Assembly: GCA_943326765.2 (NCBI GenBank)
Contig: CALPUN020000001.1
Span: forward strand, 1 to 38,162
DNA from: Bifidobacterium breve
GTDB lineage: Bacteria; Bacteroidota; Bacteroidia; Flavobacteriales; Flavobacteriaceae
Reading direction: 5' to 3'
Length of the DNA stretch: 38,162 nucleotides
Shown: positions 1-7,743 of the stretch, one piece after another
How the letters are laid out: every line of letters starts with the position of its first letter
Numbering within the stretch: the stretch's first letter is position 1
Made by a program: the position numbers and the translations under genes
Notes under the pieces: generated by a model
The model's database searches: none
What the model was told of the DNA's origin: nothing
Seen by the model: the letters and a program-made list of their open reading frames with translations, nothing else

Positions 1-34
1 GGATTTTCGTGCTGATTGTTCTATATCTTAATTT

Positions 35-553
35 TTATTTCTTGTACCCAATTTTTGTTCGTTCGGTTTTGTGTTCTCGTTTTTCGATCAGTTCATCCAA
101 ATACGAAAAAACCAATTCGATGTTCTTATCGTGATTGACGAGTTTCTTTTTTATGGCTTCGACTTCCAATTTTAAATTCAAGTTAGTCAGAAGATAATCT
201 CTTAGGCTAACGAAAACTTCAATAATTTTAATACTCACTTGAGTAGCTCTTTCGCTTTTCAGTACGTTGGCTAATTGCAACACACCGTGCTCTGTAAAGG
301 CAAAGGGCAATTTTCTTGAGCCTCCCCAACTTGAAGTCGCATTTTGCGACTTCAAGTTTTCGTATTCTACTTCATTAAGTTGAAACATAAAATTCTCAGG
401 GAATCTTGCACTATTTCTCTTAATCTGTTCGTTTATTCTCTTTGTTTCTACTTCGTAAAGTATTGCTAAATCTCGATCTAGCATTACTTTTTGATTTCTA
501 ATAAAATAAATTTTATTAGTGATTACCTCCGTCGGGATGATAATTTCTTTCAT
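35..553 (-). CDS. ORF6N domain-containing DNA-binding protein (172 aa from ATG 553; an in-frame GTG at 616 would add 21 aa)
   Basis: ORF6N-type motifs IYFIRNQKVMLDRDLAILYEVETKRINEQIKRNSARFPENFMFQL and LPFAFTEHGVLQLANVLKSERA; C-terminal coiled coil ending KIGYKK. Confidence 0.9.
   Translation of the reverse strand: MKEIIIPTEVITNKIYFIRNQKVMLDRDLAILYEVETKRINEQIKRNSARFPENFMFQLNEVEYENLKSQNATSSWGGSRKLPFAFTEHGVLQLANVLKSERATQVSIKIIEVFVSLRDYLLTNLNLKLEVEAIKKKLVNHDKNIELVFSYLDELIEKREHKTERTKIGYKK
328..358. repeat. Perfect 14-bp inverted repeat with 3-nt spacer inside the ORF6N gene
   Basis: AACTTGAAGTCGCA-TTT-TGCGACTTCAAGTT; encodes NLKSQNATSS on the minus strand. Confidence 0.95.
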
Positions 554-595
554 AAAAAATCTGTTTGGCGTTGATAAAAATTTAGTCTTTTCAAG

Positions 596-616
596 GTGGT
601 CGCAATTTGCGACCAC
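596..616. repeat. GTCGCA-N3-TGCGAC palindrome, copy 2
   Basis: GTGGTCGCA-ATT-TGCGACCAC. Confidence 0.95.
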
Positions 617-630
617 TTCTTTTATTTTCT

Positions 631-655
631 ATGGTGTCGCAAAATGCGACACCAT
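631..655. repeat. GTCGCA-N3-TGCGAC palindrome, copy 3
   Basis: ATGGTGTCGCA-AAA-TGCGACACCAT (11-bp perfect arms). Confidence 0.95.
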
Positions 656-690
656 GTTTCTTTCTTGGCTTTTACTTTGGTAGTACTATC

Positions 691-721
691 AACTGGATGT
701 CGCAAATTGCGACTTCAAGTT
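691..721. repeat. GTCGCA-N3-TGCGAC palindrome, copy 4, abutting the nuoH stop codon
   Basis: AACTGGATGTCGCA-AAT-TGCGACTTCAAGTT; 690-723 matches 327-360 at 30/34 nt. Confidence 0.95.
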
Positions 722-722
722 T

Positions 723-1775
723 TTACATTCCTAAATAGACCGCGATATCGTGTCTTAAAATTACAATACCCGTCACAATAATATTCGCAATCGACAATGG
801 AATCAAAATTCTCCAACCCAAGTGCATCAACTGGTCGTACCGAAATCTCGGAATCGTCCAACGCACCCACATATAGAAAAAGATAAATCCACAAATCTTA
901 ATAAACAAAACAGCAATTCCAATCACATTGGCTAGGTTTACGCCCCAATGTTCTAATGCCCAATGCATTCCAGGATAGTTATAACCTCCGAAGAACAACA
1001 CCGCCAAAATCGTAGAGGAGATAAACATATTTGCATATTCCGCAAACAAGTAGAATCCCATTTTCATCGAAGAAAATTCAGTATGATACCCACCAATTAA
1101 TTCGCTTTCACATTCTGCTAAATCGAAAGGGGTTCTGTTGGTTTCTGCAAAAGCACAAATCAAAAAGATTAAAAAAGATAGCGGTTGGTAAAATACATTC
1201 CAGTGCAAACCCGATTGCTGTGCGGATATTTCTCTCAAACTTAAAGTTCCCGTCATCATCAACAAGGCGATTACGGATAATCCCATGGCTACTTCATAAG
1301 AAACCATTTGCGAAGCTGCACGAACCGCTCCCATCAAGGAAAACTTGTTGTTCGAAGCCCAACCTCCTATCATAATACCGTAAACACCAACAGATACTAC
1401 GGCGAAAATATATAATAAGGCTACGTTAATATCGGTAGCTTGTAGTAAAATATCACGGCCAAACAAGTGAAGTTTATCGCCCCACGGAATCACCGCGCTT
1501 GTCATTAACGCCGTACTCATCGCAATCGCAGGTCCAACGAAAAACAAAAATCTATTTGGGGTATTGGGTTCAAATTCTTCTTTAGCGAATAATTTCAATC
1601 CATCGGCAAGCGGTTGAAACAATCCTAACGGACCCGCTCTGTTAGGTCCAATTCGGTCTTGCAGCCAAGCGGCTACTTTTCGTTCCGCCCAAGTAGAATA
1701 CATCGCCATCAACATCGTAACCGCAAAGACTACGAGGATGATGACACTTTTATCAATGATGAGGGTGCTATTCAT
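723..1775 (-). CDS. nuoH: NADH-quinone oxidoreductase subunit H
   Basis: ERKVAAWLQDRIGPNRAGPLGLFQPLADGLKL, AETNRTPFDLAECESELIGGY and PRFRYDQLM motifs; multi-TM; operon context. Confidence 0.97.
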   Translation of the reverse strand: MNSTLIIDKSVIILVVFAVTMLMAMYSTWAERKVAAWLQDRIGPNRAGPLGLFQPLADGLKLFAKEEFEPNTPNRFLFFVGPAIAMSTALMTSAVIPWGDKLHLFGRDILLQATDINVALLYIFAVVSVGVYGIMIGGWASNNKFSLMGAVRAASQMVSYEVAMGLSVIALLMMTGTLSLREISAQQSGLHWNVFYQPLSFLIFLICAFAETNRTPFDLAECESELIGGYHTEFSSMKMGFYLFAEYANMFISSTILAVLFFGGYNYPGMHWALEHWGVNLANVIGIAVLFIKICGFIFFYMWVRWTIPRFRYDQLMHLGWRILIPLSIANIIVTGIVILRHDIAVYLGM

Positions 1776-2817
1776 TAGTGCCTAATTTTTTCTGATTAAT
1801 GATGTCTTCGGGTGTTAAAGGCGTTGCGGGCATGCTGATTTTCTTACGATCTATATCTCTACCTAATAAAATGTTTTTCTCGGTAGCAATTTCAACTTTC
1901 TCTAATTTGCGAGTATAGTTGTTTTGATTAATCACAGAATCTTTCTCGAATTTTCGAGGTCCTTCAATCACCCAATCCGCTGGATCTTTGTGATCGAAAC
2001 GGCATTCGTTGCAGATGAATTCTTCTACTTCGTGGTATTCGTCTTTTCTTCCGGTTACTCTTTGAATTTCATCTCCAAACATCCAAACGGTTGTTTTTCC
2101 ACAACATTTGGTACAGTTTCTATGCGCGTTGTAAGGTTTGTTAAACCACACTCTCGATTTGAATCGGAACGTTTTGTCTGTCAAAGCCCCAACTGGACAA
2201 ACATCAATCATGTTTCCAGAGAATTCGTTGTCAATCGCTTTTGAAATACAAGTGGAAATGTTCGAGTGATCGCCACGATCCATCACGCCATGCACTCGGT
2301 TGTCCGTCAATTGATCGGCTACCATCACGCAACGGTAGCATAAAATGCAACGGTTCATGTGCAATTGAATGTTCGGACCGATATCTTCCGGTTCAAAGGT
2401 TCGTTTTTCTTCGATGAATCTGCTTTGCGATTTTCCGTGTTCAAAACTTAAATTTTGCAAATCACATTCTCCGGCTTGATCGCAAACGGGACAATCTAAC
2501 GGATGGTTGATTAACAAAAATTCGGTGACTGATTTTCTGGCTTCGGTGACGCGTTCTGAGGATTTGCTGTTGACTTCCATTCCGTCCATGCAACCGGTTA
2601 CGCAAGAGGCCATTAATTTCGGCATGGGTCTTGGGTCGGCTTCACTTCCTTTGGCAACTTCTACCAAACAACAACGGCATTTTCCGCCGCTTCCTTCCAA
2701 TTTAGAATAATAGCACATCGCTGGGGGAACACTTTCGCCTCCAATCATACGGGCTGCTTGCAGGATGGTGGTTCCTGGTTCTACTTCAATCGCTTGACCG
2801 TCTATAGTTACTTTCAT
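1768..2817 (-). CDS. nuoG: NADH-quinone oxidoreductase subunit G (short form, essentially the Fe-S domains)
   Basis: PAMCYY...GKCRCCLVEV, LINHPLDCPVCDQAGECDLQ, RCILCYRC and GNMIDVCPVGALT motifs. Confidence 0.93.
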   Translation of the reverse strand: MKVTIDGQAIEVEPGTTILQAARMIGGESVPPAMCYYSKLEGSGGKCRCCLVEVAKGSEADPRPMPKLMASCVTGCMDGMEVNSKSSERVTEARKSVTEFLLINHPLDCPVCDQAGECDLQNLSFEHGKSQSRFIEEKRTFEPEDIGPNIQLHMNRCILCYRCVMVADQLTDNRVHGVMDRGDHSNISTCISKAIDNEFSGNMIDVCPVGALTDKTFRFKSRVWFNKPYNAHRNCTKCCGKTTVWMFGDEIQRVTGRKDEYHEVEEFICNECRFDHKDPADWVIEGPRKFEKDSVINQNNYTRKLEKVEIATEKNILLGRDIDRKKISMPATPLTPEDIINQKKLGTNE

Positions 2818-2821
2818 AATA

Positions 2822-2895
2822 TTAGTTGTTGGTTGTCGGTTGTTGGTTGTTAGTTTTAGGGAACCCCATCAACTATCAAGCATCAACTATCAACT
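2822..2895. repeat. Two opposed arrays of 7-bp tandem repeats in the nuoF-nuoG spacer
   Basis: (TTRGTTG-like)x5 at 2822-2856 and (ATCAACT-like)x4 at 2868-2895; roughly reverse complements of each other. Confidence 0.85.
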
Positions 2896-2896
2896 T

Positions 2897-4264
2897 TTAT
2901 ACTGCTTGTTTTGCTACTAAATGCTTTACCTTTTCAAAAGGTTCGGCTACAAAATGGTCTCTGTTTTTTATTTTTTCTGGGAAACGGATGTGGTATTCAA
3001 ACTCGTCTTTAAAGTGACGAATTGCTGCGGCTACCGGCCATGCTGCGGCATCTCCTAAAGGGCAAATCGTATTCCCTTCAATTTTGCTTTGAATGCTCCA
3101 CAACAATTCGATATCTTCTTCACGACCGTGACCGTTTTCAATTCGATGCAATACTTTTTCTAACCAGCCGGTACCTTCACGACAAGGGGAACATTGTCCG
3201 CAGCTTTCGTGGTGGTAGAAACGGGAGAAATTCCAGGTGTTTCTTACGATGCAAGCCGTGTCATTGTAAACGATGAATCCGCCAGACCCTAACATCGATC
3301 CTGTGGCAAATCCGCCGTCGCTTAAAGATTCGTACGACATCAATCGGTCTTCACCGGTTGCGGTTTTGTATATTAAATTCGCTGGTAAAACGGGTACAGA
3401 ACTTCCTCCGGGCACGAATGCTTTTAGAGGACGATCAGAACTCATCCCACCCAAATATTCATCGGAATTCATGAATTCATAGACGCTTAACCCCAATTCA
3501 ATTTCGTAAACCCCTTGGTTTTTAATATGTCCAGAAGCGGAAATTAATTTGGTTCCAGTAGATCTTCCAATTCCGATTTTGGCGTAATCGGCTCCAGAAT
3601 TATTTACAATCCAAGGCACAGCGGCAATGGTTTCTACATTATTCACTACCGTTGGATTGGCCCAAAGACCAGATACCGCAGGGAATGGTGGTTTGATTCT
3701 TGGATTCCCACGTTTTCCTTCTAGCGATTCGATTAACGCAGTTTCTTCGCCACAGATATAAGCTCCGGCACCAATTTGAACGTATAAATCCAAATCGTAA
3801 CCTGAACCTAAGATATTTTTTCCTAACCAACCGGCTGCTTTGGCTTCGGCGATGGCTCTTTCTAAAATTTTGTAGATCCACATGTATTCACCACGAATGT
3901 AGATGTAGGATAAGTTGGCTCCCAAAGCATAACTCGAAGTAATCATTCCTTCAATCAATAAGTGCGGAAGGTACTCCATCAAGAAACGGTCTTTAAACGT
4001 TCCCGGTTCTGATTCGTCGGCGTTGCACACCAAATGTCTTGGTTTTCCCGATTTTTTATCGATGAAACTCCATTTCATTCCAGCAGGGAAACCCGCGCCA
4101 CCACGACCTCGCAATCCGGAAGTTTTCACTTCTTCGACTACTTCGTCTGGGGTCATTTTTTTCAAGGCTTTTTCCACCGAAGCATAACCGCCTTCTTTGC
4201 GATACACTTCGTAGGTTTTGATACCAGGAACGTTAATTTTATCTAATAATATTTTCTGTGACAT
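2897..4264 (-). CDS. nuoF: NADH-quinone oxidoreductase subunit F
   Basis: SGLRGRGGAGFP, NADESEPGTFKDR, GAGAYICGEETAL and ESCGQCSPCREG motifs; start at ATG 4264 just after the nuoE stop. Confidence 0.97.
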   Translation of the reverse strand: MSQKILLDKINVPGIKTYEVYRKEGGYASVEKALKKMTPDEVVEEVKTSGLRGRGGAGFPAGMKWSFIDKKSGKPRHLVCNADESEPGTFKDRFLMEYLPHLLIEGMITSSYALGANLSYIYIRGEYMWIYKILERAIAEAKAAGWLGKNILGSGYDLDLYVQIGAGAYICGEETALIESLEGKRGNPRIKPPFPAVSGLWANPTVVNNVETIAAVPWIVNNSGADYAKIGIGRSTGTKLISASGHIKNQGVYEIELGLSVYEFMNSDEYLGGMSSDRPLKAFVPGGSSVPVLPANLIYKTATGEDRLMSYESLSDGGFATGSMLGSGGFIVYNDTACIVRNTWNFSRFYHHESCGQCSPCREGTGWLEKVLHRIENGHGREEDIELLWSIQSKIEGNTICPLGDAAAWPVAAAIRHFKDEFEYHIRFPEKIKNRDHFVAEPFEKVKHLVAKQAV

Positions 4265-4265
4265 A

Positions 4266-4796
4266 TTATTTATCGTGTAACGTGATTTTATTTTCTTTAC
4301 AATCGGCAATCAATTGGTCGATTTTTTCTTCTGTCAAATGTTCTTGGTAAAAATCTCCCAGCTGCAGCATCGGAGCATAGCCGCAAGCACCCAAACACTC
4401 TACGCCGCGAACTTCAAAAAGTCCGTCTGCAGTTGGTTCGCCAACTTTTACCCCCAATTTGGAACAAGTGTACTCCATTAAATTTTCAACACCATTCAAA
4501 CAACAAGGAGACGTTTGACAAAATTCAAACATGTATTTTCCAATAGGTCTTTGATTGAACATGGTGTAAAAAGAGACCACTTCATAGACTTCAATGGGTT
4601 TTAATTTTAGAATTTCGGCCACTTTGTCTTGCAATTCGAGGCTCAACCAGTTGTCATGAGCATCTTGCACTTCATGCAAAACGGGTAATAGCGCCGATTT
4701 TATTTTATCATCAGGATAATGACCAATCAATTCGTTGATGCGGGTCATAAGAGCATCGCTGATGTTAATTTCCTGTTTGTAATGAGTGTGTTCCAT
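4266..4796 (-). CDS. nuoE: NADH-quinone oxidoreductase subunit E
   Basis: SALLPVLHEVQ, VYEVVSFYTMF, CQTSPC...ECLGACGYAP [2Fe-2S] motif. Confidence 0.96.
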   Translation of the reverse strand: MEHTHYKQEINISDALMTRINELIGHYPDDKIKSALLPVLHEVQDAHDNWLSLELQDKVAEILKLKPIEVYEVVSFYTMFNQRPIGKYMFEFCQTSPCCLNGVENLMEYTCSKLGVKVGEPTADGLFEVRGVECLGACGYAPMLQLGDFYQEHLTEEKIDQLIADCKENKITLHDK

Positions 4797-4800
4797 TTTT

Positions 4801-4835
4801 ATTTTAGATTTCAGATTTCAGATTTCAGATTTTTC
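4801..4835. repeat. 7-bp tandem repeat (ATTTCAG)n in the nuoD-nuoE spacer
   Basis: ATTTTAG ATTTCAG ATTTCAG ATTTCAG ATTTTTC. Confidence 0.85.
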
Positions 4836-4910
4836 AATCGGCCCTAAAATTCAAAATTTGTATTTTTAATTATTTATATTTTCAAATCTACATTTTTTAA
4901 TCAAAAATCA

Positions 4911-6146
4911 TTATGCGTCTAATTCTCCAGCAATAACATTTAAACTTGACAAAATCACAATGGCATCCGATAGCATAGAGCCTTTGATCATTTCCGGATA
5001 CGCTTGGTAGTAAATAAAACAAGGGCGACGGAAATGCAAACGATACGGTGTTCGGCTTCCATCGGTTACTAAATAAAATCCTAATTCTCCGTTACCGCCT
5101 TCCACGGCGTGATAGACTTCAGCGACCGGAACCGGAACTTCCCCCATAACGATTTTGAAATGGTAAATCAAGGATTCCATATTGTGGTATACGTCTTCTT
5201 TTGGAGGCAAGTAATAATCGGGAACATCAGCATGATAAGGGCCTTCTGGCATTTTTGCTAAAGCTTGTTTGATGATGCTGATGCTCTCGCGAACTTCGGC
5301 ATTTCGAACGCAGAAACGATCGTAAGTATCTCCTGATTTCCCTACCGGTACGATAAAATCGAAATCTTCGTAAGAAGAATAAGGGTGTGCTACACGAACG
5401 TCATAATCAACGCCGGCTGCGCGTAAGTTGGGACCCGTAAATCCATAAGCCATAGCTTGTTCGGCTGAAATGGCTCCAACGTTTACAGTTCTATCAATAA
5501 AGATCCGGTTTCTTTCAAAAAGGTTTTCAAATTCTTGCCAAGCCACTGGGAATTCTTCTAAGAATGCATCCAATTTCTTGAACGCTTCTGGCGACCAATC
5601 TCTTTCGAATCCACCGATTCTTCCCATATTGGTGGTTAAACGAGCGCCACAAATTTCTTCGTAGATTTCGTATACTTTTTCTCTGAATTGAAATACATAT
5701 AAGAAACCGGTATAAGCACCAGTGTCAACACCAAGAATGGAATTACAAATCAAGTGATCGGTAATTCGTGCCAATTCCATTACGATTACGCGTAAATATT
5801 GCGCTCTTTTTGGAACTTCAATGCCTAATAGTTTTTCTAAAGTCATCCACCATCCCATATTGTTGATGGGTGAGGAGCAATAGTTCATTCGGTCGGTGAG
5901 TGGCGTGATTTGGTAGAATGGACGGTTTTCGGCGATTTTCTCGAAAGCACGGTGAATGTATCCAATGGTGGGTTCTGCTTCTAAAATTCGCTCCCCATCC
6001 ATCAATAATATATTTTGAAAAATGCCGTGAGTTGCGGGGTGCGTTGGTCCTAAATTCAGTATCGAAAGCTCGCTTCCGTCTTCGTTTAGTTGCTCTTTTA
6101 TTCGTTTAGCATAACGATGTTCTGGCGATAATAATAGTTCTGACAT
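4911..6146 (-). CDS. nuoD: NADH-quinone oxidoreductase subunit D
   Basis: LNLGPTHPATHG, IGYIHRAFEKIAE, TDRMNY and GDTYDRF motifs. Confidence 0.97.
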   Translation of the reverse strand: MSELLLSPEHRYAKRIKEQLNEDGSELSILNLGPTHPATHGIFQNILLMDGERILEAEPTIGYIHRAFEKIAENRPFYQITPLTDRMNYCSSPINNMGWWMTLEKLLGIEVPKRAQYLRVIVMELARITDHLICNSILGVDTGAYTGFLYVFQFREKVYEIYEEICGARLTTNMGRIGGFERDWSPEAFKKLDAFLEEFPVAWQEFENLFERNRIFIDRTVNVGAISAEQAMAYGFTGPNLRAAGVDYDVRVAHPYSSYEDFDFIVPVGKSGDTYDRFCVRNAEVRESISIIKQALAKMPEGPYHADVPDYYLPPKEDVYHNMESLIYHFKIVMGEVPVPVAEVYHAVEGGNGELGFYLVTDGSRTPYRLHFRRPCFIYYQAYPEMIKGSMLSDAIVILSSLNVIAGELDA

Positions 6147-6163
6147 TTAGTGAATCTGAAAAA

Positions 6164-6682
6164 TTATAAATTAATTGTGGTTCTTCCAAAGAAACGATCG
6201 TCTTTATCCGTTCGACCGCTGTCTTCCATAGGAAATTCTTTACGCATTGGAAAGGAAATCATTTCATCCATATTCAAAATGCGTTTCAATTGCGGATGTC
6301 CTATAAAATGGATTCCGTAAAAATCATAGGTTTCTCTTTCCATCCAATTGGAACTTAAAAAAATATTGGAAATCGTTTTGATTTCAGGCGTTCCGTTGAG
6401 ATACGCTTTAATTTTGATGCGTTTGTTTTCGTACCAATTGTGTAGGTGATATACTATCGCAAATTGGTGGTTTTCGTCGTTATCTGGGTAGTGAATGCCA
6501 CACAAATCGGTTAAGAAGTGAAAGCGTAAATCCTCACTGTTTTTTAAGAATAAAATTACAGCGGTGTTTTTATCGGCTGCCATTTCAAAGGAGAACAGGT
6601 CTTTTTCTTCTTGAAAGTTAAAAACACTTTCGCCGAAAGTTTCGACTAATTTATTTTGAATGTCTAAATTTTCTAAAGCCAT
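6164..6682 (-). CDS. nuoC: NADH-quinone oxidoreductase subunit C
   Basis: NWMERETYDFYGIHFIGHPQLKRIL...FPMRKEFP motif. Confidence 0.96.
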   Translation of the reverse strand: MALENLDIQNKLVETFGESVFNFQEEKDLFSFEMAADKNTAVILFLKNSEDLRFHFLTDLCGIHYPDNDENHQFAIVYHLHNWYENKRIKIKAYLNGTPEIKTISNIFLSSNWMERETYDFYGIHFIGHPQLKRILNMDEMISFPMRKEFPMEDSGRTDKDDRFFGRTTINL

Positions 6683-6683
6683 T

Positions 6684-7232
6684 TTATTGGATGTTATACG
6701 AGGCTAATAATTCTTGGTATTCCGGAGAGCTTCTTCTACGAACTGATTCGCTTCGAACTAATTCTTGCAATTTCATTACACCATCTACAATTTGTTCTGG
6801 TCTTGGCGGGCAACCCGGAACGTAAACATCTACCGGAATAACTTTATCGATTCCTTGTAAGACGGAGTAGGTGTCGAAAATTCCGCCGGAAGAAGCGCAA
6901 GCTCCCACAGCAATTACCCAGCGAGGCTCTGCCATTTGTTCGTATACTTGTCGCAAAATTGGCCCCATTTTTTTAGAGATGGTTCCCATAACCATAAGCA
7001 TGTCGGCTTGACGTGGAGAGAAACTTACCCGCTCCGATCCGAATCGTGCTAAATCGTAATGAGAGGCCATAGTGGCCATGAATTCAATTCCGCAGCAAGA
7101 AGTGGCAAACGGCAATGGCCAAAGTGAATTGGCGCGAGCTAAACCTACAACATCATTCAGTTTGGTGGCAAAGAAACCTTCACCAACAACACCTTCAGGA
7201 GGGGCAACCATAGTTGTTTTCGAATCACTCAT
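6684..7232 (-). CDS. nuoB: NADH-quinone oxidoreductase subunit B
   Basis: SLWPLPFATSCCGIE, SPRQAD, GACASSGG and VDVYVPGCPPRPE motifs. Confidence 0.97.
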   Translation of the reverse strand: MSDSKTTMVAPPEGVVGEGFFATKLNDVVGLARANSLWPLPFATSCCGIEFMATMASHYDLARFGSERVSFSPRQADMLMVMGTISKKMGPILRQVYEQMAEPRWVIAVGACASSGGIFDTYSVLQGIDKVIPVDVYVPGCPPRPEQIVDGVMKLQELVRSESVRRRSSPEYQELLASYNIQ

Positions 7233-7239
7233 TTTAGTT

Positions 7240-7339
7240 AAGATTTTTGATTTAAGATTTCCGATTACAAGAATTAGAAATCAATAATGCTCTATATTTA
7301 TATTGCTTTGAGAAATCTGAAATCGGAGTTCTCAAATCT
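7240..7339. repeat. Degenerate opposed 7-bp-period arrays in the nuoA-nuoB spacer
   Basis: AAGATTT TTGATTT AAGATTT CCGATTA (7240-7267) and GAAATCT GAAATCG GAGTTCT CAAATCT (7312-7339). Confidence 0.6.
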
Positions 7340-7346
7340 AATTTGT

Positions 7347-7712
7347 TTATTCCCACTCTAATGCTTTCTTTTTGATGATGTAGAAAAACCCTACCAACAG
7401 CAAAAGCATAAAGATTACCATTTTCACCATACCTTCTATTCCGAGGCTTTTAAAATTAATCGCCCAAGGATAAAGGAAGATAACTTCCACATCAAAAAGC
7501 ACAAATAAAATGGCGACCAGGAAATATTTTACAGAAAAAGGAATCCGAGCATTACCGACGGATTCAATACCACATTCGAAGTTTTTGTCTTTTATAGTAG
7601 AATTTCTTTTCGGGCCTAATTTTCCAGAAATTAAAATAGTTCCGGCAACAAACCCAACGGCTAAAAGCATCTGCATTAGGATTGGAAAATAATCTAATTG
7701 ATTTGACTGCAT
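7347..7712 (-). CDS. nuoA: NADH-quinone oxidoreductase subunit A
   Basis: FECG, FSVKYFLVAILFVLFDVEVIFLYPWA and KKALEWE motifs. Confidence 0.97.
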   Translation of the reverse strand: MQSNQLDYFPILMQMLLAVGFVAGTILISGKLGPKRNSTIKDKNFECGIESVGNARIPFSVKYFLVAILFVLFDVEVIFLYPWAINFKSLGIEGMVKMVIFMLLLLVGFFYIIKKKALEWE

Positions 7713-7743
7713 GGTTAAAAAAATTACTTTTTTATTTTGTTCA

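Noticed and set aside
596-721. Palindromes as a mini CRISPR array
   Set aside because: Only the 15-nt core is shared, gaps are irregular (14 and 35 nt), no cas genes are present, and a copy lies inside the adjacent CDS.
596-721. Palindromes as rho-independent terminators of nuoH
   Set aside because: No U-tracts on the transcribed minus strand, 1-3 nt loops, and a conserved core sequence that terminators do not need.
596-781. 61-aa plus-strand ORF
   Set aside because: Runs antisense into nuoH and is explained by the palindromes; no independent coding signal.
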